A DNA stretch of 64,000 nucleotides from Cyanobacteria bacterium P01_D01_bin.156. Its GTDB lineage: Bacteria > Cyanobacteriota > Cyanobacteriia > Phormidesmidales > Phormidesmidaceae. The notes beneath the pieces were generated by a model. That model made no database searches and had not been told where the DNA came from. It saw only the letters and a program-made list of their open reading frames with translations. The DNA is taken from positions 1 through 64,000 of the forward strand of contig JBCCQQ010000027.1 of the NCBI GenBank assembly GCA_039024555.1. The letters run 5' to 3'. How positions within the stretch are numbered: the first letter of the stretch is position 1; each line of letters starts with the position of its first letter. Below are positions 42,662 through 52,616 of this stretch, one piece after another. The translations under genes and the position numbers were made by a program.

Positions 42662-43651
42662 ATGATTTGGAAACTAGGTCTAGCAAGTCTAGGGACACTA
42701 ACATTGGCCCTAGTGATTTTCTACGTTTGGGCAACATCGGGTAGCTATCCTCGCGAAAACTACACTCAAGTCTCTAACTATGAATGGGAAAGTCCAAAGG
42801 CTGAGGGTAGGAAAACTCTATCCCTTGTGTCCTATAACATCGGTTATCTGTCGGGGTTGACTAATCTGGAGGCAGTACAGCGGCCCAAAAAGCTTTTTAA
42901 TGAGAATTTAGAGCAAGCGATCGCAACGCTACAGCCCCTCAACCCAGATCTGATCGCATTTCAAGAAGTTGATATAGCCTCCAATCGCTCCTATAACGTC
43001 AATCAGCTCGAAGCCATAGCCAGCAGCCTGAGGTTAGGCCACAGTGGACTGGCCATCAACTGGGATAAAAACTACGTGCCGTTTCCCTACTGGCCCATCT
43101 CCGCTCACTTTGGGAAAATCGTCTCTGGTCAAGCCGTCCTAAGTCGTTATCCCATTCAGGAAAATCAGCGCTTAGTGTTAGACAAGGTGGTTGGCAAACC
43201 ATTCTTTTACAACGCGGTTTATCTAGATCGTCTGGCTCAGATTACTCAGGTTGATGTAAGCGGCCAACCGCTGATAGTGATAAATATTCACTTAGAAGCC
43301 TTTGACAACCCCACACGATTTAAGCAAACACAAGCAGTACGAGACTTGGCAGAAACTTACGCTCAGGATTATCCAGTTTTGCTCGTCGGTGACTTTAACA
43401 GCGCCCTAAATCGTCCTGAGGAAGGAGAGCGCTCCATCGAAATCATGGCCACCTCCGAGCTATTTACATCAGCTCTACCGAAGACCCAGTGGACTACACA
43501 GCCGACATTTCCATCAGCAGAATCGGCACATAAGCTGGACTATCTGTTCTACACACCGGCAACCATTGAGCTCAAAGAAACCCGGGTGATTACAGAAATG
43601 GGGACGGCTTCAGACCATTTACCGTTGATGATGACGTTTGTGTTGAAGTAA
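42662..43651 (+). CDS. Endonuclease/exonuclease/phosphatase family protein with an N-terminal anchor
   Basis: SYNI, FQEVD, NIHL, GDFNS, LDYLF and SDHLP. Confidence 0.92.
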   Translation: MIWKLGLASLGTLTLALVIFYVWATSGSYPRENYTQVSNYEWESPKAEGRKTLSLVSYNIGYLSGLTNLEAVQRPKKLFNENLEQAIATLQPLNPDLIAFQEVDIASNRSYNVNQLEAIASSLRLGHSGLAINWDKNYVPFPYWPISAHFGKIVSGQAVLSRYPIQENQRLVLDKVVGKPFFYNAVYLDRLAQITQVDVSGQPLIVINIHLEAFDNPTRFKQTQAVRDLAETYAQDYPVLLVGDFNSALNRPEEGERSIEIMATSELFTSALPKTQWTTQPTFPSAESAHKLDYLFYTPATIELKETRVITEMGTASDHLPLMMTFVLK

Positions 43652-43689
43652 AGGAGCCATAGGAAAGAAGTTCATGTAGAGGGCGTTTT

Positions 43690-44403
43690 ATGGAGCAGCT
43701 AAAATATACTCTTGGTCCATTTGAGCTGTTTGCCGCAATTATTGGAGGCTCTCCATTTGTAGTAGCAGGCATTTTGCTCCATTATCCGGTGAAGCATTTA
43801 GGTGAGCTAGTGCCCTTAATTCAGCAAAGTAGCTCGGTTGCGATCGCACTGACCGCTTTATTTTTGAGTTACATTGCTGGCGGTACAGTCCAATCCATTA
43901 GCTGGCCTTACTTTGTGCGCCTGTGTCGTCTATTCAATAAAAACTTTCTATTTCTGGGTGATGAGCTGATCAGGCGGAACCAAACCCTACCGCAGCAAAA
44001 TATCAGTGATGGCATGAACAATCTAGTCTTTGAAGATCGTCTAGTACTCCAACTGCGCAAACATATTGGTATTCCTAAAAAGCTGAGCTGGATGGACGGT
44101 CGCCTTATGGCCTATCTGCGCGAAAATAACAGTCCCTCTATGGTTACAGCGGAGGGATTTGTCGCATCCCATATTATGTATCGCAACTTATCCCTGGGAT
44201 GTCTGCTGTTATGCCTTGTCAGTTTGGTGAATGGGGTTCGCCTAGGTTCGCCAGCTCCCCTCCTACTAATTCCTATCTTGCTATACGCGGCTTATTTAAT
44301 GTTTCGGCAGGCCGTTAACTTCAAGCTGTGGCAAAACCGCGAACTACTCCTGGGGTTTTATTTCGCATCCACAAAAGAGTCATCCCCTGAGGACAAGTCC
44401 TAG
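43690..44403 (+). CDS. Hypothetical membrane protein (about 4 TM)
   Basis: ORF with two pairs of hydrophobic segments around a soluble loop; GAGG RBS. Confidence 0.7.
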   Translation: MEQLKYTLGPFELFAAIIGGSPFVVAGILLHYPVKHLGELVPLIQQSSSVAIALTALFLSYIAGGTVQSISWPYFVRLCRLFNKNFLFLGDELIRRNQTLPQQNISDGMNNLVFEDRLVLQLRKHIGIPKKLSWMDGRLMAYLRENNSPSMVTAEGFVASHIMYRNLSLGCLLLCLVSLVNGVRLGSPAPLLLIPILLYAAYLMFRQAVNFKLWQNRELLLGFYFASTKESSPEDKS

Positions 44404-44482
44404 CATCTGATAACGTTAATCTTCTGGAGCGTTGTTACCACCATCACAACTGCTTCAGAATCCTCTAACTAAAGCATTGCAA

Positions 44483-45115
44483 ATGTTCGGTTTGGCCATC
44501 CACTCCTCCACCCCTGAACTAGGTCTGGCAATCAGTGACTTTGATACAAACATCCGATACCAAGGTTGGGATTTAGGTCGGGAGTTATCTAGTCAACTGC
44601 ACATTTTATTGCAAGAATTTTTAGCACCTCAATCCTGGCAAGAGCTGTCTTTTGTAGCCGTATGTATTGGTCCTGGAGGCTTTACCGGCACTCGCATCGG
44701 CGTTGCCACCGCTCGCACCCTGGCGCAGCAATTGAAAATTCCACTTTTTGGCATTTCAGCAACGGCAGCAGTAGCCCATCACCATGTCACTGAAGTTAAA
44801 AAATCAGCTTTCCCCCAAGACATTGCAGTCACCATGCCTGCAAAACGGGGAGCAGTCTACGGCGCTATTTATCACTGGGACGGCGAAACTCTTTCCGTCA
44901 AGCGAACTGATGCTGTTGTCCCCGCCAACGACTGGACGCAAACCAAGACCCAGTGGCCCCACCACCTCACATCAGTATCGTTAGAGTCAGGGATAGGGTT
45001 AGCAAACACCACACAGTCGCTATTACACCTGGGCTATAAGCAATGGCAGATAGGCCCACATCCAGATTGGCGAGACATCGTTCCATTTTATGGACAACAT
45101 CCCGTAACGGTGTGA
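44483..45115 (+). CDS. tsaB: tRNA threonylcarbamoyladenosine biosynthesis protein
   Basis: LAIHSS and GPGGFTGTRIG; ATG at 44483. Confidence 0.92.
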   Translation: MFGLAIHSSTPELGLAISDFDTNIRYQGWDLGRELSSQLHILLQEFLAPQSWQELSFVAVCIGPGGFTGTRIGVATARTLAQQLKIPLFGISATAAVAHHHVTEVKKSAFPQDIAVTMPAKRGAVYGAIYHWDGETLSVKRTDAVVPANDWTQTKTQWPHHLTSVSLESGIGLANTTQSLLHLGYKQWQIGPHPDWRDIVPFYGQHPVTV

Positions 45116-45121
45116 GTGCGC

Positions 45122-45460
45122 CTAATCTTGGTTGGCTTCACCATCACGACGCCCCAGCTCATAAACACCGCTACCGATGCAGGTAATGATGCCAAAGCTA
45201 ATAGTCCAGCTGCGTCCCATGCTAATGTCCAGCAGGTAGTTACACAGCACTCCAGCCAATACAAAAGGCACAATGCTCATGACCGAACCGTACAATTCTG
45301 CGGCTCCAGTCATCGTTTCTTTGCGCCCAGTCGCTACAATCCATGTCATCGCTTGTTTTTCTAAAGTACTGACCAAGCGAGTCACGAGGGGAGAAAACAT
45401 TAGATAGAGCGCTAAAGCCCACAAAGATACGCCAGAAATCCAAATTGGATCAACAATCAT
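45122..45460 (-). CDS. Small hypothetical membrane protein (about 3 TM)
   Basis: Hydrophobic ORF ending in GVYELGRR. Confidence 0.7.
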   Translation of the reverse strand: MIVDPIWISGVSLWALALYLMFSPLVTRLVSTLEKQAMTWIVATGRKETMTGAAELYGSVMSIVPFVLAGVLCNYLLDISMGRSWTISFGIITCIGSGVYELGRRDGEANQD

Positions 45461-45610
45461 TGAATCTAAAAGTTAGAGTGGATAGCCCGAATGTGTTGCA
45501 GGCGCAGAGGGCAGGTGTAAAGCTCAGAAGTTTTTTACCTACCGTTATAAATTATTACATTGTCGGGTGTGCAGTAGCCTTCCAAGCACTTAGACTGTCG
45601 ATTTTTTTGG

Positions 45611-46195
45611 TTATCGCTTAACGATAACGGGAGTACCTAGCTCTAAATAGGTGTAGAGATCTTCCACATCTTCGTTGAGCATACGAATACAGCCATGGGA
45701 AATGGCCTCCCCGATCAGGCTTTCTTCATTAGTACCATGAAAGCCAATTTCGCCATCCTTACTAGACAGAAACCCAATCCAACGGGAGCCTAAGGGATTC
45801 TGCTTTCTACCAGCGGGGATAATCTCACCGGTAATGGGGTGCTGCCAGGCGGGATATTCGCTTTTTTGGATAACTTCAAAGGAGCCTTCTGGGGTTTCCC
45901 ATTCGGTTTGGCCGATAGCCACTAGATATTGCTTAATGATTTCATCGTGGTGGTACACACTGATTTTGCGATCGCTCAGTTCTACCATCACTCGCACATC
46001 CGATTCCTTGACGCGAGTAAACCAGCCAAGCCGACGGCTAGAAATACGATTGCTTAGGTTCTGAAATGTATCCGTCGGTTGAGTATTGGCCGATTTCCAA
46101 TCCAGCGGATCGCGCCACTCCATAATGGCCAACCCAAAGGCCGCCATCAGACATAAAAAAGCAAAACTGCGCGATAACGGGTTAAGACCTTGCAT
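45611..46195 (-). CDS. L,D-transpeptidase (YkuD family)
   Basis: TPEG.F, NPLGSRWI and catalytic GFHGT...SHGCIRM. Confidence 0.93.
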   Translation of the reverse strand: MQGLNPLSRSFAFLCLMAAFGLAIMEWRDPLDWKSANTQPTDTFQNLSNRISSRRLGWFTRVKESDVRVMVELSDRKISVYHHDEIIKQYLVAIGQTEWETPEGSFEVIQKSEYPAWQHPITGEIIPAGRKQNPLGSRWIGFLSSKDGEIGFHGTNEESLIGEAISHGCIRMLNEDVEDLYTYLELGTPVIVKR

Positions 46196-46367
46196 TAAGG
46201 ACTAAGCAAACACTAAAAACACGTTCAATCGGTCTGTGTTTCCATCATTTTACCTATCTCAATCCACGGACTACGAGGAAATAGCATTAGGCAGCTAAGT
46301 TGTTAGAATTATCAGGTCTGTGGCGCCCAACCTAGAGACCTCCACCCATTCATAAAGGCAAACAAGC

Positions 46368-47255
46368 GTGACCGTTAAACCCGATTGGCTAAGAGTAAAA
46401 GCCCCCCAGTGGGAACGAGTGGGGAATGTTAAAGGTATTTTGCAGGATCTGGCACTCAATACCGTGTGCGAAGAAGCCTCCTGCCCTAACATTGGCGAGT
46501 GCTTTAATGCGGGAACAGCCACCTTTTTGATCATGGGTCCAGCCTGTACTCGGGCTTGCCCCTACTGCGATATTGATTTTGAGAAAAAACCTCAGCCGCT
46601 GGACCTGACAGAACCGCTACGGTTAGGGGAAGCGGTTCGGCGCATGAAGCTAAACCACGTGGTGATTACATCGGTAAATCGTGATGATTTGTCAGATGGT
46701 GGTGCGAGCCAGTTTGTCCGCTGCATTGAAGAAACGCGAAAGCTGTCGCCGGATACGACCATTGAAGTGTTGATTCCTGACCTGTGTGGTCACTGGGATG
46801 CTCTAGGGATTATTCTGTCAGCAGCGCCCGAGGTAATGAATCACAATACGGAGACGGTTCCTCGCCTCTACAAACGGACACGTCCCCAGGGAGACTATCG
46901 GCGCAGTTTGGAATTGTTGAGACGGACCCGTGAGCTGGCTCCATGGGCTTACACTAAGTCGGGCATCATGGTGGGTTTGGGTGAAACCGACGAGGAAGTG
47001 CGTCAGGTGATGGCAGACTTGCGAGCGGTAGACTGTGATATTTTGACCATTGGCCAGTATTTACAGCCGACGCAAAAGCACCTAGGCGTGAAGGATTTTG
47101 TAACGCCGGAGCAGTTTGACCAGTGGAGAAAAGTCGGTGAGGCAATGGGCTTTTTACAGGTGGTCTCGTCACCGCTGACACGGAGCTCCTATCACGCAGA
47201 AGAAGTAAGACGGCTAATGAGTGAACATCCTCGACAACGTCCTACAGTCTGTTGA
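46368..47255 (+). CDS. lipA: Lipoyl synthase
   Basis: [12 protein letters not shown], radical-[11 protein letters not shown] and RSSY. Confidence 0.97.
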   Translation: MTVKPDWLRVKAPQWERVGNVKGILQDLALNTVCEEASCPNIGECFNAGTATFLIMGPACTRACPYCDIDFEKKPQPLDLTEPLRLGEAVRRMKLNHVVITSVNRDDLSDGGASQFVRCIEETRKLSPDTTIEVLIPDLCGHWDALGIILSAAPEVMNHNTETVPRLYKRTRPQGDYRRSLELLRRTRELAPWAYTKSGIMVGLGETDEEVRQVMADLRAVDCDILTIGQYLQPTQKHLGVKDFVTPEQFDQWRKVGEAMGFLQVVSSPLTRSSYHAEEVRRLMSEHPRQRPTVC

Positions 47256-47370
47256 TTTGAACTAGCTTTACAAACGTAATCTCTGCTGAGGCTAATCCAT
47301 CGTTGTTCCTGCACATCTCTAAACTGAAGCAATGCTACTCATATGCAGCATTAGAGATAATATGCCTGAC

Positions 47371-48363
47371 CTAGAGTACAAACAGAGCTAGGGCTTTTTC
47401 TAAGTTTTGCCGCACAGATTGAGCAGACACTTCTAAAGCAGTCTGTTCCTTACCTGACAAAGGCAACTCAACAATAGAACCAACACCATTAATATTCAGA
47501 TGACAGGGCACCCCTAAATAAATATCATTCAGCCCATACTGCCCTTCCAAATAAGCTGACACTGGCAAAATAGCTGACTGATTTTGCAAAATGGCCGCCA
47601 CCATCGCAGCAGTTGCCGCTGCTGGAGCATAGTAGGCACCACCCGTTTTCAGATGGTTCACAATCTCAGCCCCGCCGTGACGGGTGCGTTCCACCAACTG
47701 CTCAATCTTCCTAACTGGTAACAGATCACTGAGGGGAATCCCGTTCACTGAGGTTTTGCTGATCAGCGGCACCATCAAATCCCCATGGCCACCCAGTACC
47801 ATCGTAGAAACATCCTGGGGTGGCACATCCAATTCCCGAGCAATAAACGTACGAAACCTTGCCGAATCTAACACCCCAGCCTGACCTAGGACTCGATGGG
47901 GTGTGAGCCCACTGGTTTTCCAAGCCAGATAGGTCATCACATCCAGAGGATTCGTGACCAAAATAAAGTGCGCATCGGGAGAATGGGGCAGCGCCTTGGC
48001 CATTACCTCCAAGATGATCTTGCCATTTACCCTCAGCAAATCCTCCCTCGACATCCCCGGCTTTCTAGGCAGACCTGCCGTAATCACAACGACCTGCGAA
48101 TCTGCAGTATCCCGATAATCGTTAGTGCCCGTAATCCGATGATAAAACCCCATTAATGGCTGAGATTCAGCCAGATCTAGCGCCACTCCCTGGGGACGAC
48201 CTTCAACGATATCCAACAGGGTTACGTTACCTAAATTTTTAGCCAACAAACATTGGGCCAAACTGGCACCCACATTACCAGCGCCAATAATGGTGACCTT
48301 TGGAACAGCGATTGCTCCCCTAGCCACAACTGCAACCTGCCTAAACGGATTAGCTACTACCAT
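47371..48363 (-). CDS. mdh: Malate dehydrogenase (LDH-like MDH)
   Basis: GAGNVG, TAGLPRKPGMSR (Arg specificity residue), NPLD, DSAR and GGHGD. Confidence 0.92.
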   Translation of the reverse strand: MVVANPFRQVAVVARGAIAVPKVTIIGAGNVGASLAQCLLAKNLGNVTLLDIVEGRPQGVALDLAESQPLMGFYHRITGTNDYRDTADSQVVVITAGLPRKPGMSREDLLRVNGKIILEVMAKALPHSPDAHFILVTNPLDVMTYLAWKTSGLTPHRVLGQAGVLDSARFRTFIARELDVPPQDVSTMVLGGHGDLMVPLISKTSVNGIPLSDLLPVRKIEQLVERTRHGGAEIVNHLKTGGAYYAPAAATAAMVAAILQNQSAILPVSAYLEGQYGLNDIYLGVPCHLNINGVGSIVELPLSGKEQTALEVSAQSVRQNLEKALALFVL

Positions 48364-48613
48364 AGGGCTCCTAACCGCTGATAGGCAGCTTTACCAAATC
48401 AATTGCTCCAAAGCAATTGCCCAAAAGTCGCCTAGAGACGATTCATTAAATGGGTTAAACCACACTCAGGTCAACAGCAGATATTTGCCAAAATGTAGTC
48501 TATGTAACTATTGTGACGATTGCTACCTAAACTGTGGCTGTTCTATGGGGATTCTTAATACAAAATCCTGGTTAACTGCTCCGATCTAAAAGGACAACCA
48601 TAAGGGATTGTCC

Positions 48614-48829
48614 CTACTTGAATTCTGCCAGCTGGGCCAATTGCAACCAAATGTTTGGTGTGGGAACGCGGCCAAATTTTACTAGCGCGTAGTCATCACG
48701 AATCTCCATAATCTCCCCTTTGGTTTCAAAGAGGTAAGGTGGAAACCGATTATCGCTAGCGGTGGCTTCAACGCTGTTTTCTAGCTTCTCACGCACGACG
48801 CGTACGTAGGTACCCTTCTTGATGGCCAT
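48614..48829 (-). CDS. ndhO: NDH-1 subunit O
   Basis: KKG..VRVVREKLENSVEA.ASD.RFPPYLFE.KGE...VPTPNIWL. Confidence 0.94.
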   Translation of the reverse strand: MAIKKGTYVRVVREKLENSVEATASDNRFPPYLFETKGEIMEIRDDYALVKFGRVPTPNIWLQLAQLAEFK

Positions 48830-48943
48830 TACTAGGATTATTGATGGTGACTCTGGTGATTATATTATCGCGTTAGTAGAGGGAGTAGGGAGTTCGCTGC
48901 ACAATGGGCAATTCGCTACTCCCCATTGCCTACTGCCCTCTGC

Positions 48944-49789
48944 CTACTTCTGACAACTGGGACAATAGTGGGCCGACCTTCCCGCTAACTTAATTCGCTG
49001 AATTGGAGTGCCACATACCCGACAAGGCTGATCTTCTCGATCGTAGACCCAGGCAACGCCGCCGTAGTTGCCGTTGGTGCCATGGATATCTCGAAAATCG
49101 CTAAAGGTGGTGCCTCCGGCTTCAATGCTGTCAGCGAGAACTTTACGAATGGCCGCGTGGAGCTTTTTTAGGCGAGGTTTAGAGATGCGATCGCACCTCA
49201 CTTTAGGCCGAATACCGCTCAAAAATAGCGCTTCATCTGCATAGATATTGCCGATACCCGCCACCATTGCCTGATCTAGCAGAGCATTTTTAATGGGCTT
49301 CTGTCTGCGCTTTAGCCAAGACCGCAGATAATCTAACGAAAACTCATCCCCAAAGGGTTCTGGCCCTAACCGCTGCAGTCCCGTCATGATGTTTTCAGGC
49401 AACTGTTCTGGAGGCACCCACCACAGTCGGCCAAAGGTACGCTGATCCACATAGCGCAGCTCTCGATCATCATCAAAAAACAAACGCACTCGGCAGTGGC
49501 TAGACATAGGCATTGACTGGGGCACCCACAATAGCTGCCCCGTCATTCGTAAATGACAGCCTAACCAGCCAGCGGGTTGTCCCTGACGGGATAAAACTGC
49601 TAAGAGGTACTTACCTCGTCGTTGCCAAGCCGTGAGCTCAGCCCCCTCAACGCCAGACAAAAAAGCATCAACAAAAATGGGGTGAGCAATGGTGCGATCT
49701 AAAAGCACCTTGCCACCCCGGATAGGTTGGTTCAGAGTAACTCGACTGAGCCCTCGTCGGACAGTTTCTACTTCAGGCAGTTCTGGCAA
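48944..49789 (-). CDS. mutM: Formamidopyrimidine-DNA glycosylase
   Basis: PELPEVE, RRGKY, HLRMTG, GIGNIYADE and a C-terminal Cys4 zinc finger. Confidence 0.97.
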   Translation of the reverse strand: MPELPEVETVRRGLSRVTLNQPIRGGKVLLDRTIAHPIFVDAFLSGVEGAELTAWQRRGKYLLAVLSRQGQPAGWLGCHLRMTGQLLWVPQSMPMSSHCRVRLFFDDDRELRYVDQRTFGRLWWVPPEQLPENIMTGLQRLGPEPFGDEFSLDYLRSWLKRRQKPIKNALLDQAMVAGIGNIYADEALFLSGIRPKVRCDRISKPRLKKLHAAIRKVLADSIEAGGTTFSDFRDIHGTNGNYGGVAWVYDREDQPCRVCGTPIQRIKLAGRSAHYCPSCQK

Positions 49790-49850
49790 GGCTGATTAGA
49801 CAAACAACTGCACTAATCTTACCAAGCCACCCCTAGGATGCTTAGAGCAA

Positions 49851-50033
49851 CTAAACTTCCTTTAGCTCGGCTTCTGCAAAGTTGTTGGTGTTCACACCGG
49901 CATAGTTAACTTTGTCGAATCGAACAACAACCGAATACTTAATACCACTTTGGTCAACGGATGCAACCGTGCCAACATCTTGATACCAATAAGACTCTTT
50001 ACGCAGGATGCGAACCTTAGATCCACGCTTCAT
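49851..50033 (-). CDS. psaE: Photosystem I subunit IV
   Basis: [26 protein letters not shown]...VRFDKVNY...TNNF; ATG at 50033 with an AGAGG RBS. Confidence 0.97.
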   Translation of the reverse strand: MKRGSKVRILRKESYWYQDVGTVASVDQSGIKYSVVVRFDKVNYAGVNTNNFAEAELKEV

Positions 50034-50296
50034 GAATATTCCTCTCTTAGTCAAAGATGAGCAATTGATGTAAGCAGCAAGCTACTACCTGTTCACCAGA
50101 TTACTACTCCTCAGAACCGAACTCACCACCTGAGGATTTAAGAATTGTTGCATATCGAAGATTTTGGCAACAATTCTTTAGAAAGATAACGTTGTGCCTG
50201 TATTTCAAGAGATATACAAGCAATGAAAGCCTTAGGTAGCAACAGCTAGACGCAATGAAAGTCGCTAAGCCTATGGAGCGTCATACCCATACAAAA

Positions 50297-50338
50297 AACA
50301 AAACAGCCGCTGTTATTCAGTTCAGCGGCTGTTTTGTT
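50297..50338. terminator. Terminator hairpin (16-bp arms) downstream of the sigF/lipoprotein pair
   Basis: AACAAAACAGCCGCTG-N10-CAGCGGCTGTTTTGTT with T tracts on both strands. Confidence 0.8.
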
Positions 50339-50399
50339 CTCAAAGGTTAACGCCAGATCTGCTTGCTCTATGTGGAAAAGCAAACAACCTTATGTTGCT

Positions 50400-51245
50400 T
50401 CAAATACCAGGACTCGGTAATACGGGCAACGCACCAATAGTTGAAACCGTTGCTGAGGGCTGGGGGGGGGCCTCTTCAACGCCCTCTTCCTCAGTAGAGG
50501 TTACAAACCGTTCCACAGGGATACCATTTTCAAGTAAAACTACCCTGGGCTCAGCAGAACGAACATCAATTTGCTGTACTAGGACCCGACCATTGGCCAC
50601 CCTCTCGCCCTGCCTCACATAACGCTCGGTTTCATCAGGGGCCTTGATAATGGCATAGGGTGAACCACCCACTTGTACAACACCGGATACGCGCACCGCC
50701 TGTGCAGTTGTAGGCTGTGGGGGAGCTGGTAATTCAGCAATTTCCGGCGTGCTGGCTCCAACCTGACGTGGAGCTTCAATTGTGGGTCGCTCGTTATTGC
50801 CAGCAGCATTATTGTTATTGTTACTGGCCGCTGCTCCACCATTGGCTTGACTCGCAGTCGTACCACCACCATTGTTGCTTCCCTCAACTTCAATAGGTTG
50901 AGGAGGAACAAGGGGAATAGTTAACCCTGCGAAAGGATCAGGACGAGTGCGTTCTACGCCAATAGCTCGTTCATTTGGGTCAGTTGACTGAATTAAATCA
51001 CGCGCAAGAATCGTAGGAGAATTTGCTGAAATCGCCACAGCATCTGGATCTTCTCCTTCTGGAATGGCAGGGAGGCCATCTGACGTTCCTGCTGGTTGAA
51101 CAGCCGTTGGTGCTGCTTCAATCACTGGATCCTCAGTCGCAACATCGTCGTCGCCACCGCCAAATAAGCCACAACCACCTAGGGAAACTGCCCCAGTCGT
51201 TATTAGCAATACCAAGAGCAGACGCTGCATGTTCAAATTCTCCAA
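50400..51245 (-). CDS. Hypothetical lipoprotein with PilP-like architecture
   Basis: Signal peptide with lipobox LGGC, low-complexity linker, RPDPF motif and a C-terminal beta domain. The PilP call is inference. Confidence 0.65.
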   Translation of the reverse strand: MENLNMQRLLLVLLITTGAVSLGGCGLFGGGDDDVATEDPVIEAAPTAVQPAGTSDGLPAIPEGEDPDAVAISANSPTILARDLIQSTDPNERAIGVERTRPDPFAGLTIPLVPPQPIEVEGSNNGGGTTASQANGGAAASNNNNNAAGNNERPTIEAPRQVGASTPEIAELPAPPQPTTAQAVRVSGVVQVGGSPYAIIKAPDETERYVRQGERVANGRVLVQQIDVRSAEPRVVLLENGIPVERFVTSTEEEGVEEAPPQPSATVSTIGALPVLPSPGI

Positions 51246-51310
51246 GGAGTTTTGTTCGCAAAGTATAGGCTAAGTTGACCAGAATGCCTAGAGGTTTAAA
51301 GGAAATCCTG

Positions 51311-52090
51311 TTAATTCTCCTCAGCAGGAGCCATCAGATCTCTCAAAATCTTCAACCCGCTTTTCACACGGCGAGAAACGGTTACAGCACTAATACCGAG
51401 TCTTTCAGCAGTTTCTTTTTGAGTTAAGTCGTGGAGAAAAACAAATTCTAAAACTTCTTGTGTTCTCCGCTCCAACTGCGCTAGGCCCTGCTGAAGACGA
51501 ATACGATCTTCCTGGGCCAGCTGAAAGCTGCGATATTTTGGATCGGGCAGTAAATCACTTAGGGATGCTGAACCACTGCCTTCATCCTGTATGGGCGCAT
51601 CTAAGCTTAATAATGAGCGGTTCCGGCTAGCTAGCTTAACTTCTTGCCATTCCTGCACCGAAATCTTGAGATGCTCAGCAATTTCTTGATCGGTAGGCTT
51701 GCGATCTAGGGTTTCTTGTAGCTGGCGAATGGCCCGAGCTGACTGATGTTGTAGAGACTGCCAGCGTCTGGGGATACGGACGATAGCACTGCGATCTCGC
51801 AAATAGTGTTGAATTTCGCCACGAATGTAAGGTATGGCAAAGGAGCTAAAGGCATAGCCTTTGGACATGTCGAAGCGTTCGATGGCACGAATTAGACCAA
51901 GACTGCCAACTTGCATCAAATCATCAAAGGTTTCATTAGAGTGGTAGAGCCAATGATGTGCTTCTCTACGTACCAACCCAAGATTCATCTGCACCAACTT
52001 ATTACGCAATTCAGGAGAGCGACTTTTTTGGTAGTCATTTAATAACTCGAGTGTTTCGCTTTTTAACGCGGTATTTACTTTGGACGACAT
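51311..52090 (-). CDS. sigF: Group 3 RNA polymerase sigma factor, SigF/SigB family
   Basis: RNKLVQMNLGLV, DLMQVGSLGLIRAIERFD, FSSFAIPYIRGEIQHYLRD and region 4 LTQKETAERLGISAVTVSR. Start uncertain (52090-52141). Confidence 0.9.
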   Translation of the reverse strand: MSSKVNTALKSETLELLNDYQKSRSPELRNKLVQMNLGLVRREAHHWLYHSNETFDDLMQVGSLGLIRAIERFDMSKGYAFSSFAIPYIRGEIQHYLRDRSAIVRIPRRWQSLQHQSARAIRQLQETLDRKPTDQEIAEHLKISVQEWQEVKLASRNRSLLSLDAPIQDEGSGSASLSDLLPDPKYRSFQLAQEDRIRLQQGLAQLERRTQEVLEFVFLHDLTQKETAERLGISAVTVSRRVKSGLKILRDLMAPAEEN

Positions 52091-52509
52091 GGGAAACCCC
52101 TTTGGCATTTGCACGCTCATGTACTGCAGCCGATGCAGCATTGAACTGGTAAAGACAGGAACCTGAACAAGAAAATTAACGTTGCTGATTCAGATGATGA
52201 TGACACCTGACAAATTTCGGTACATCGAATTTTTGACAGATTAGTTCATGATTTAAATTAGCAACGACGAAAATCTAGCTGTCACCCTAATGCATGACTT
52301 AATAGTGGAGACCGTTGCTCAAGAGCACAGTGACTGAAATCACAAGTCCCCCATTAATCAATGTCCACTGCCAGAGTCAGACTAGTCTCTGGGACTAAGA
52401 TTCAACAATGACGTATATACGGAAGTCTACGATGCTTAGCATTAGCTTGTTGACCGGTCAGGGCCTATTCTTCACGATGAATTTACGGACATCCGCTAAT
52501 CTTTAAAGC

Positions 52510-52547
52510 AACATGGGCGACTACCCATAAAGGTAGTCGCCCATGTT
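52510..52547 (-). terminator. Hairpin (16-bp arms) downstream of psbO
   Basis: AACATGGGCGACTACC-cataaa-GGTAGTCGCCCATGTT. Confidence 0.8.
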
Positions 52548-52616
52548 AATTAGCAAGTTTTCTCAAAACTCAATCAGCTAAAAGCATCAAGAGCTGGTCA
52601 AATGCAGGAGGCAACC

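Noticed and set aside
50219..50282. c-di-GMP-I riboswitch-like words (GACGCAA...CTAAG...ATGG) and a repeated GCAATGAAAG
   Set aside because: The GGCAAA/GAAA stem and required pairings are missing, and the strand is opposite to the flanking genes.
52303..52356. Three-stem structure upstream of sigF
   Set aside because: Stems are short and imperfect and match no riboswitch or tRNA consensus I know.
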